This document shows positions 44,163-51,792 of a stretch of DNA of 64,000 nucleotides, piece by piece (position 1 is the first letter of the stretch; each line of letters begins with the position of its first letter). Origin of the DNA: an uncultured Clostridia bacterium (GTDB lineage: Bacteria > Bacillota > Clostridia > Christensenellales > DTU072); the NCBI GenBank assembly GCA_944362765.1, contig CALVTP010000005.1, positions 3,649-67,648 of the forward strand, read 5' to 3'. A program made the position numbers and the translations under genes. Below the pieces are notes generated by a model. The model was not told the DNA's origin. It worked only from the letters and a program-made list of their open reading frames with translations, and did not search any database.

Positions 44163-46214
44163 ATGGATAAAAAATACGACGCGTTATTTACCCCTTGGAG
44201 AATCGGCAAAGTAGAAATTAAAAACAGAATAGTGCTTTGTCCGATGGGCGGAACGTCGCTGTTCGGCTGGGTGGAGCCCCACCACTTCGACGAAGATGCC
44301 GCAAACTTTTTCTTGAAGCGCGCCGAGAATAATGTCGGCTTGATCATTCCGGGGATTGCTCCGCTGAGGAACATGCTCGGAAACGGCTGGCTGTACAAGG
44401 CAAACGGCGCTTTCAGGAAGCTGAAACCTTTTATGGAAAAAATTCATAAAACCGGCGCCAAGTTGTTTGTGCAATTGACGGCAGGTTTCGGGCGTTCGTT
44501 TGCGCTGGACGATATGATGGCGATGTTGGTGAAGAATAAGGTGCTGGGCGCCTTGGTCAGACCGATCATAGATCCCGCTTACCTCTCCGCCGCGCCCAGT
44601 GAGTCCCCGAACCGCTGGGCGGAGGATGTCACCTGCCGCGAAATTACCGTCAAGGAGATCAAAAAAATCATCTTTGCTTATGCCGAAACGGCTAAAAAAT
44701 TGATGGACGCGGGAGTAGACGGAGTCGAGGTGCACGCCGTCCACGAAGGCTATCTCCTCGATCAGTTCACTTTCAAATATGTCAACAAACGTACCGATGA
44801 GTATGGCGGAAGCTTTGAAAACCGTTACCGCTTTGCCACCGACGTCGTCAAAGCCATCAAAGCGCGCTGCGGAGCGGACTTCCCCGTTTCGCTGAGGTAT
44901 TCCGTCGTCAGCAAGACCAAAGGCTTCGCCGACGGTGCCGTTCCCGGTGAGGAGTACGTCGAAGTAGGCAGAGATATGGCGGAATCCGAACGCGCCGTGA
45001 AATACCTCGAAGAGGCGGGTTACGACATGTTCAACGCCGATAACGGTACCTATGACGCCTGGTATTGGGCGCATCCGCCGGCATATATGCCCGAAAACTG
45101 CAACCTCGACGACGTCAGCCACATCAAAAAGTTTACCTCTAAGCCCGTGGTGTGCGCGGGACGTATGACTCCGTCCGTTGCAGCCGCTGCCATTGCCGCA
45201 GACGAAATAGACGGTATGGGCGTTGCGCGGCAATTTTTGACCGACGGCGAGTGGGTCACCAAGCTTATGGAAGGCAGGGAAGAGGACATAAAACCTTGTA
45301 TTTCCTGCCACAACGGCTGCTTTACGATGTCCAAAGCCAAGGGCACCGCGAATACCGCACCGCTCGGAGATACAGCGCATATGGCGCGCTGCGCATTGAA
45401 CCCGCAGACAATGCAGGGACATAAATACGACATAAAACCTGCAAAAGAAAGGAAAAAAGTGGCGATTGTCGGCGCAGGTATCGGCGGCATAGAGGCGGCA
45501 ATGGTGTTAAAAGAGCGCGGTCACGACGTCACCGTCTATGAAAAAAGCGGCGAGATAGGCGGCGTATTCATTCCCGCGGCGGCGCCGTCTTTCAAAGAAA
45601 AGGACAGGGCGCTGATAGAATGGTACCGGCATGAGGTCGCTAAGCGCGGTATAGACGTCAGATTCAATACCGAGATTAAAGATATTTCGAAGCTGGAAGC
45701 CGACGAAATCATCATAGCTACCGGCTCAAAGCCCAAAAAGCCGAACATCCCCGGAATCGAAAAAGCCATAGAAGCGGTGGAGTTCCTGAACGGAAAAGCG
45801 GTAGGCGACAAGGTCGTCATCATCGGCGGCGGACTGACGGGCTCGGAAATTGCGTATGAACTCGAACTCAGCGGCAAGCATCCCGTCATCGTCGAAGCGT
45901 TGAACGACATCATCACGACAAAAGCCATCTCCCTTGCCAATTCCTCTTATTTAAGGGATTACTTCGAATGGAAAAAAGTACCGTTGATGCTCGAAAGCCG
46001 CGTCACCGAAATAGGGGACGGCTGGGTCAGCGTTGAGGCAAAGGACGGAACCAAACAAAAGGTAGAGGCGGATTCGGTCATATATTCCGTCGGCTACTAT
46101 TCCGCACCGATAGCCCCGAAAGGAAAACGCGTTCACGTCATAGGCGACGCCAAAGCCGTCGGAAACCTCAGAACGGTTATTTGGGGCGCATGGGATGTAG
46201 CGACCAAAATATAG
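44163..46214 (+). CDS. FMN/4Fe-4S/FAD oxidoreductase of the 2-enoate reductase / 2,4-dienoyl-CoA reductase (OYE-fusion) family
   Basis: N-terminal OYE-like TIM barrel (VLCPMGG, DGVEVHAVHEGYLLDQF). Cys motif CISCHNGC. C-terminal dinucleotide fold VAIVGAGIGG and VVIIGGGLTG. Confidence 0.92.
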   Translation: MDKKYDALFTPWRIGKVEIKNRIVLCPMGGTSLFGWVEPHHFDEDAANFFLKRAENNVGLIIPGIAPLRNMLGNGWLYKANGAFRKLKPFMEKIHKTGAKLFVQLTAGFGRSFALDDMMAMLVKNKVLGALVRPIIDPAYLSAAPSESPNRWAEDVTCREITVKEIKKIIFAYAETAKKLMDAGVDGVEVHAVHEGYLLDQFTFKYVNKRTDEYGGSFENRYRFATDVVKAIKARCGADFPVSLRYSVVSKTKGFADGAVPGEEYVEVGRDMAESERAVKYLEEAGYDMFNADNGTYDAWYWAHPPAYMPENCNLDDVSHIKKFTSKPVVCAGRMTPSVAAAAIAADEIDGMGVARQFLTDGEWVTKLMEGREEDIKPCISCHNGCFTMSKAKGTANTAPLGDTAHMARCALNPQTMQGHKYDIKPAKERKKVAIVGAGIGGIEAAMVLKERGHDVTVYEKSGEIGGVFIPAAAPSFKEKDRALIEWYRHEVAKRGIDVRFNTEIKDISKLEADEIIIATGSKPKKPNIPGIEKAIEAVEFLNGKAVGDKVVIIGGGLTGSEIAYELELSGKHPVIVEALNDIITTKAISLANSSYLRDYFEWKKVPLMLESRVTEIGDGWVSVEAKDGTKQKVEADSVIYSVGYYSAPIAPKGKRVHVIGDAKAVGNLRTVIWGAWDVATKI

Positions 46215-46222
46215 TTAAATAA

Positions 46223-46254
46223 GGTAGCGACAGCTACCAAAGCTACGGTTTTTT
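46223..46254 (+). terminator. Terminator after the enoate-reductase-family gene
   Basis: GGTAGC-gaca-GCTACC, or alternatively GTAGC...GCTAC, then GG-TTTTTT. Confidence 0.6.
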
Positions 46255-46256
46255 AA

Positions 46257-46281
46257 TTCGGCGCGTCGACGACGCGCCGAA
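46257..46281. repeat. 25-bp perfect palindrome
   Basis: TTCGGCGCGTCG-a-CGACGCGCCGAA, with 12-bp arms. Ends 24 bp upstream of the -35 at 46305. Confidence 0.9.
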
Positions 46282-46304
46282 AATATTCCCGCGTCCGAAT
46301 ATGG

Positions 46305-46333
46305 TTGACATATACTAAATGCGGTTATATAAT
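46305..46333 (+). promoter_or_regulatory. Perfect-consensus sigma-A promoter upstream of the mrp-like gene
   Basis: TTGACA (46305-46310), 17-nt spacer, TATAAT (46328-46333). Predicts a leader of about 117 nt. Confidence 0.7.
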
Positions 46334-46456
46334 AATTAAAAGCGGGGGATGGCGTTTGTTCAAAGTGCAGCCCGTCAGGCGTTTAAGTGACGGTCTTCAA
46401 AGGCAGAGAAAACGTTACCGGGAGCCTTGAACGTAAATACTTTTAGGAGTGTAACT

Positions 46457-47260
46457 ATGGAATGTTCGCATGATTGCTCGAATTGCAGCGAGAATTGCTC
46501 GGAACGCAAGGAAAGTTTCTTAGCGCCGGCAAATCCGCTCTCGAAGGTGAAGCGCGTAATAGGCGTAATTTCCGGAAAAGGCGGCGTCGGGAAATCGACG
46601 GTGACCGCAACGCTTGCGGTGACGGCAAAGAAAAACGGCTACAAAGTAGGTATCCTGGATGCCGATATCACGGGACCTTCGATCCCGAAAATGTTCGGCG
46701 TGCACGAAATCGCCGACGCTATGGATGAAGAGACCATCCTCCCCGTTGAATCGAGGACGGGAATTAAACTGATGAGCATAAATCTTCTTTTGGAAGACGA
46801 AACGGAACCCGTCATATGGCGTGGACCGATACTTGCGGGAACGGTCAAACAATTCTGGTCGAATGTGGCGTGGGGCGACCTGGACTATCTTTTCGTCGAT
46901 ATGCCTCCGGGCACGGGTGACGTCGTGTTGACTGCGTTCCAGTCGCTGCCGCTCGACGGCATTGTCGTAGTCAGCTCCCCGCAGGAATTAGTCGGCATGA
47001 TTGTAGCTAAAGCTACCAAAATGGCTGAAATGATGGACATACCGATTCTTGGCATAGTCGAAAACATGTCCTACTTTGTCTGCCCCGACTGCGGTAAAAA
47101 GCACTATATTTTCGGCAAATCCGATATACGTGCATATGCAAAGAAAGCGGGCATAAACAAGGTGGTGGAACTTCCTATCGATCCCGATAACGCCTTGAAT
47201 GCCGACGAAGGAAACATCGAACGCGCTTTTTCCGAGGAGCTTTTCGATATCGTAAAATAG
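46457..47260 (+). CDS. mrp: Mrp/NBP35 (ApbC-like) Fe-S cluster carrier ATPase
   Basis: Cys-rich N-terminus MECSHDCSNCSENC, deviant Walker A GKGGVGKST, and CPDCG. Start ATG 46457 after AGGAG; ORF-track TTG 46427 rejected. Confidence 0.9.
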   Translation: MECSHDCSNCSENCSERKESFLAPANPLSKVKRVIGVISGKGGVGKSTVTATLAVTAKKNGYKVGILDADITGPSIPKMFGVHEIADAMDEETILPVESRTGIKLMSINLLLEDETEPVIWRGPILAGTVKQFWSNVAWGDLDYLFVDMPPGTGDVVLTAFQSLPLDGIVVVSSPQELVGMIVAKATKMAEMMDIPILGIVENMSYFVCPDCGKKHYIFGKSDIRAYAKKAGINKVVELPIDPDNALNADEGNIERAFSEELFDIVK

Positions 47261-47341
47261 CTTTTCGGTCTCCGTCGTACAATCATACTACTTCGGTTTC
47301 TCATAATTAGTAGTTTCCTGAAATGAAAAACTTTAATTTTT

Positions 47342-47368
47342 CCGTCGCCTGTAAGCGGCGGTTTTTTT
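47342..47368 (+). terminator. Rho-independent terminator after the mrp-like gene
   Basis: CCGTCGC-ctgtaa-GCGGCGG followed by TTTTTTT. Confidence 0.75.
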
Positions 47369-47377
47369 ATTGCTGAG

Positions 47378-47406
47378 GCATAAAAGAGTTTTTTTCGGGA
47401 ATAATT
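47378..47406 (+). promoter_or_regulatory. Candidate forespore-type (sigma-F/G-like) promoter of the ger operon
   Basis: GCATA (47378-47382), N15, GGAATAATT (47398-47406). Compared with the recalled consensus GCATR-N15-GGHRARHTX, there is one mismatch. The -10 ends 6-7 nt before ATG 47413. Confidence 0.3.
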
Positions 47407-47412
47407 GCGTCT

Positions 47413-48849
47413 ATGCTTGAATTATCCCGCGAAGAAAGGGCTTTGAAGGGCGCCTTCCATAATTCCGACGACATCGTTTTCCGCGAAGTCTTCTCCGGCA
47501 TGACGCGGACGTTGTTCGTGTTTTCCGACGGAATGATCGACGTCAAAGACGCCGATATCGGCGTAGTCAAGCCGCTTTGCAGTGCAAATGGTGCTTTTAC
47601 TCCCGATTTAGACGGGTTGAAGGCTGTATTTACCACCGTGCAGAAGCTGGACGAATGCCGCTCGAGAAGCGAGTTCGTCGAAAAAGTAGCGCGAGGCGCA
47701 TTGGGACTTGTGATCGACGGGGCTGAAAGCTATTTTGTTCTGAATCTTCATTGTTATCCGACCCGCTCCATTCAGGAGCCGCCGACTTCTGCCGTAGTCA
47801 AGGGTCCCCGCGAAGGTTTCACCGAGGACTTCAAAGCCAATATGGTAATGCTCAGGCGGCGCTTCGGCTCGGGAAAACTCGTGTTTAAACCGTTAGTTAT
47901 TGGAAGAGTGACAAAGACGCAAATACGGATTTGCTACGTCAAAGGAATAACCGATATGCGACTTGTGGATAAAATTGTCTCCCGTCTTACGGCATTTGAA
48001 ATAGACGGAGTGGTCGACTCGTCGGAGCTGGTGGCGTTTTTGGAAGAGAGACCGTATTCGGCTTTCAAACAAGTGGGTTCCACTGAAAAACCGGACATTT
48101 TGACGCAAAAACTGTTGGACGGCAGGGTGGGGATAATTGTCGACGGCTCGCCGATGGTGTTGACGTTACCGTTCATGCTCGTGGAGGATTTTCACGATTC
48201 GGAAGACTACTACCGTCGCCCGGTAAGGACAGCTTTAATACGCATAATGCGACTTTTAGGGGTATTTTTTGCCGTACTTCTACCGTCGGTTTATGTGGCG
48301 CTTACTTCCTATCAATATCAGTTTCTTCCTGTGGAGTTGATGGTAACGATATTAAATGCCACACAAGGGATTCCCTTTTCGCCGATTGTCGAAATGCTTA
48401 TAGCGCTGGTATTTTTCGAGGTTTTAGGGGAAGCCAGCGTCAGAATGCCGAGGTATTTCGGAATGGCAATTTCTGTCGTCGGCGGAATAATTCTTGGCGA
48501 GACGGCGGTTTCGGCAGGAGTGATGTCCAGTCTCACCGTGTTGATTGTGGCGATGTCCGGAATAGGGCTTTTCGCCATTCCCGACGAGGTGGGAACCTTT
48601 GCGGTCATCCGTATAGCGCTTGTACTGGTGGGAGCTACTCTCGGGCTGTTCGGAGTGGTCTTGGCATCGGTCGCGCTCATCGCGCGCATGGCGTCGCTGA
48701 ACCTGAACGGAGTCGACTATCTGGCGCCGTTCGCGCCCGTTGTAGCGGGAGAGCTTCCGGACGCCGTCACGAAACTTTCGAAAAAAGACTCGTTTTTCCG
48801 CACGCGCGGAATAAGCAAAAACAAACGGAGGTTAAAGTATGTCAGGTAG
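47413..48849 (+). CDS. Spore germination protein, GerA-family A subunit
   Basis: VKGPREGFTEDFKANMVMLRRR and C-terminal TM bundle typical of GerAA/GerKA. First gene of an A-B-C operon. Start not supported by an SD. Confidence 0.88.
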   Translation: MLELSREERALKGAFHNSDDIVFREVFSGMTRTLFVFSDGMIDVKDADIGVVKPLCSANGAFTPDLDGLKAVFTTVQKLDECRSRSEFVEKVARGALGLVIDGAESYFVLNLHCYPTRSIQEPPTSAVVKGPREGFTEDFKANMVMLRRRFGSGKLVFKPLVIGRVTKTQIRICYVKGITDMRLVDKIVSRLTAFEIDGVVDSSELVAFLEERPYSAFKQVGSTEKPDILTQKLLDGRVGIIVDGSPMVLTLPFMLVEDFHDSEDYYRRPVRTALIRIMRLLGVFFAVLLPSVYVALTSYQYQFLPVELMVTILNATQGIPFSPIVEMLIALVFFEVLGEASVRMPRYFGMAISVVGGIILGETAVSAGVMSSLTVLIVAMSGIGLFAIPDEVGTFAVIRIALVLVGATLGLFGVVLASVALIARMASLNLNGVDYLAPFAPVVAGELPDAVTKLSKKDSFFRTRGISKNKRRLKYVR

Positions 48850-49978
48850 AGCCTCTCTTACAGCCTCCCGAGTCACCCGAAAAGGGACGGCGTTTCCCGA
48901 AAAAAAGGTGATTTCCCCCGGACAATACGCGCTTCTTGCGGCAGTACTTATATCGGTTTTCAAGCTGTCGGTACTCCCTTCCGTTGTGTCCGAATATGCG
49001 GGACGGGACGCCTGGATGTGCGCCGTAATAATTATTGCCTCGGAGCTGATGGTGCTTGTTCCGATATCGAACATATCTTTATCGGGAGGCGTCGAGGCGA
49101 TACGCGAAAAATACGGAAAAGTCACATACATGGTAGTTACGGCTCCCGTAATAGTAGTTACGGTTATCAAAACACTGATTTACATTGCAGAAGTCAATTC
49201 GTTTTGCAGCTCTTACCTGTTTTACAACGTCTCTACCGAAAAGCTCGGAATAATCATCGCCGTTGCCGCAGCGTTTATCGCGTCGACCGGAATTAAAGGT
49301 ATCGCGCGCTCGGCGATTATAGCTATCGGAACGCTGCCGCTGATATTTATAATCGGACTTGCATTCGGAGAGCCGTCGGCAGAGTTTTCGCGGCTTCTGC
49401 CGATAGGAGCGGGCGGCTTAAAAGCGCTTTTCGGCGGCGTTGACAAAGCTCTCTTTTTTGCGTTCGACCTCACGCCGCTGATGTTCATTCGGCAAGAAAG
49501 CAAGGAAAAAAGGGAGGGAAGAAGTGTAATTTTTCTTGTCCAAGGCGGCGTTTTTGCGGCGATCGTATTTTTCTTTGCCGCTTTTACGGCGGTATTCGGC
49601 GGAGCCTACTACCTCAGTCAGCATGCAATGGCGGCGCTGGGGTCGTTCAATGTCGTCAACACCGAAATCGGAGCCGTCGACTGGCCCGCCGTCGTTTCAT
49701 GGCTGACGTTTGCGGCAATTCAGATTGCTCTTCAGATATGGTCGGTCGGATGTTGGGCGGAGCCGCTTTTTGGGAAGGGGAAGGCGGTCTCCGTTCTCGC
49801 CGGCGCTATAGCCGCAACGAGCGGGTTTATCTTCCAAAATATTGAAAAAGCAATGATATTTGCACAAAGTGCGGTAAAATATGTAACATTCGGAGCGGTA
49901 ATTATATCCTCTTCGGTGGCGGCATTGCTGTTGAAATTTAAACCGAAACTCTCTTCTGAGGAGAAGATAGATGCGTAG
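48839..49978 (+). CDS. Spore germination protein, GerA-family B subunit (APC-like permease)
   Basis: Polytopic protein with ISPGQYALLAAVLISVFKLSVLPS...GRDAWM at the N-terminus. SD GGAGG. 11-nt overlap with the A subunit. Confidence 0.85.
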   Translation: MSGRASLTASRVTRKGTAFPEKKVISPGQYALLAAVLISVFKLSVLPSVVSEYAGRDAWMCAVIIIASELMVLVPISNISLSGGVEAIREKYGKVTYMVVTAPVIVVTVIKTLIYIAEVNSFCSSYLFYNVSTEKLGIIIAVAAAFIASTGIKGIARSAIIAIGTLPLIFIIGLAFGEPSAEFSRLLPIGAGGLKALFGGVDKALFFAFDLTPLMFIRQESKEKREGRSVIFLVQGGVFAAIVFFFAAFTAVFGGAYYLSQHAMAALGSFNVVNTEIGAVDWPAVVSWLTFAAIQIALQIWSVGCWAEPLFGKGKAVSVLAGAIAATSGFIFQNIEKAMIFAQSAVKYVTFGAVIISSSVAALLLKFKPKLSSEEKIDA

Positions 49979-51077
49979 GGGATATAAATGGGCGGCGTTC
50001 GCGCTCGCATTCATATTGTTTTTGGTTCTCGGCGGAGAGTCGGTTCCGCTGACCGACAGAGCGGTGGTTACGGGTATCGGCATCGACCTAAGCGAGGAAG
50101 GGTATCGCGTCTCGGCTGAAATCGTAATGCCGACCGATTCCGAATCGAAAAACGCGGGGTACATCATCGCGACGGGGGAAGGAGAAAGCCTTTCGGAGGC
50201 GTTGATGTCGCTTTCGGTCGCGGCGGGACGACAATTGTCGCTGTCGCATTGCAACGCAGTCGTGTTGGGATTCGAGCTGATGAGACACGACGCGGTCACG
50301 GCGTTGGATTATGTGGCGAGGAATGCATATCTATCGGAAAACGCCGTTTTGGTAGGTGCAGAAGGAAGGGCGGAAGAGGTACTTTCCTCAAAGCCCGCTT
50401 TCAGCGAAACGGGAAGCTTTTTCCTGCAATCGGCATTGACCGAGTACGGTTATTATCCCGAGAGAACCGGAAGGAACGTCAAGGATTTTCTCATTGCCTA
50501 TAATACAGCTTCAAAGGGGAATTGGCTATCCTTAACGCGTATAACGGAAACCCAAAGCGCAGAAAACGGCGAAGATTCCGGAGGATCACCGGAGTACCTT
50601 CTTAGCTTCGCGGAGACTGCCGTGTTTGACGGAGAGGATTATGTAATGAAGCTACCCGAACGTGGAACGCGCGGCATTAACTATGTGGAAAGCCGGCTTG
50701 AAGAGGGGAGCATTACAGTGTCCGCCGAAGGAAAAACCTACACTGCGTTTATCGAAAATATAAAGACGAGGAAGAGTTTTTCGAAGGACTTGACGGCGAC
50801 TTTTAAAACGACGGCGAAATTAGTTTTGAAAGAAACAGACGGCGACGCGGTTTCGGTGCGCCCCGACGACGCCGAGCCCGACGCGGGCGTTCAACATGCC
50901 TTTTCGGAATCGATAGCGGGGGACATCCGCTTTGCATTCGAGGAAACAAAACAGTATGGCGTCGACATTTTCGGCTTGTACGAAGGCTTCTATGCAGCCG
51001 AAGGTAAAAATTTTAAGCCCGGGAATTACCTCGACGGCGCGAAACTGAAAATCGAAGTCGAACTCGACTTTGTTTAA
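49971..51077 (+). CDS. Ger(x)C-family spore germination protein (C subunit)
   Basis: RAVVTGIGIDL core follows the signal-like segment. SD GAGGAG. 8-nt overlap with the B subunit. The lipobox Cys is absent (LVLGGES). Confidence 0.85.
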   Translation: MRRGYKWAAFALAFILFLVLGGESVPLTDRAVVTGIGIDLSEEGYRVSAEIVMPTDSESKNAGYIIATGEGESLSEALMSLSVAAGRQLSLSHCNAVVLGFELMRHDAVTALDYVARNAYLSENAVLVGAEGRAEEVLSSKPAFSETGSFFLQSALTEYGYYPERTGRNVKDFLIAYNTASKGNWLSLTRITETQSAENGEDSGGSPEYLLSFAETAVFDGEDYVMKLPERGTRGINYVESRLEEGSITVSAEGKTYTAFIENIKTRKSFSKDLTATFKTTAKLVLKETDGDAVSVRPDDAEPDAGVQHAFSESIAGDIRFAFEETKQYGVDIFGLYEGFYAAEGKNFKPGNYLDGAKLKIEVELDFV

Positions 51078-51120
51078 AAATCGCCGGATTTCCGGGACGC
51101 ATAAAGCGAAGATAATTAAA

Positions 51121-51792
51121 CTATGCCTCTTCGGCGAGGAGATCCGATAAAATCGTTTCTGCCATTTTCAATCCTGCCGCGGCGGTCGCGGGCATAAAGC
51201 TTGCCACTTTTGTGTTTTCCTCGGGCAACTCGTCCGAGTAGACCACGCGAAGACTTTTAACCCCCTCTTTTCTGAGACGGTTCCGCATGACGCGGGCGAG
51301 AGGACAGACCTTTGTGGAGTAGATATCCGCTACCTTAAACCGCGAGGAGTCGCGCTTGTTTCCCGCCCCCATACCGGAAAGCACGGGTATCCCCGCCCGA
51401 AGCGCCGAAACTATCAGTTTTGTCTTTTCGTTGACGGAATCTATACAGTCCGCGACGTAGTCAAAGGGAGTCAAATCGAGATTGCCGTCATAAAAAATAT
51501 TTATCGCTTCCGCCTCGATATCCGGATTGATATCGAGCACGCGCTCTTTAAAAACTTCGGCTTTTGGGCGCCCCAAAGTGGAAGTAAGGGCACCTATCTG
51601 ACGATTTATATTACTTTCTTCGAAAACATCTCCGTCAATAAAGGTAAGCTTTCCGACGCCGGAGCGCGCTAGCGCTTCGGCTACGATACCGCCAACTCCG
51701 CCGACGCCGAAAACGGCAACGTGTTTGGAGCGGAGTTTGTTGAAACCTTCTTCCCCGAGCATCGGGATAAGCCTTGAAAACCTCGGATTCAT
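51121..51792 (-). CDS. tcdA: tRNA threonylcarbamoyladenosine dehydratase (ThiF/E1-like)
   Basis: VAVFGVGGVGGIVAEALARSGVGKLTFIDGDVFEESNINRQ. Start at ATG 51792 (MNPRFSRL). The Arg-rich 114-aa ORF-track extension overlaps the upstream gene and is rejected. Confidence 0.88.
   Translation of the reverse strand: MNPRFSRLIPMLGEEGFNKLRSKHVAVFGVGGVGGIVAEALARSGVGKLTFIDGDVFEESNINRQIGALTSTLGRPKAEVFKERVLDINPDIEAEAINIFYDGNLDLTPFDYVADCIDSVNEKTKLIVSALRAGIPVLSGMGAGNKRDSSRFKVADIYSTKVCPLARVMRNRLRKEGVKSLRVVYSDELPEENTKVASFMPATAAAGLKMAETILSDLLAEEA

Noticed and set aside
42658-45422. Antisense ORFs 42658..43728 and 44184..45422 (minus)
   Set aside because: They lie opposite the 2Fe-2S ferredoxin-motif gene and the enoate-reductase-family gene. 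They have no initiation signals or motifs.
46427-46456. TTG start at 46427 for the mrp-like gene
   Set aside because: ATG 46457 is preceded by AGGAG at the correct spacing. The extra 10 residues have no support.
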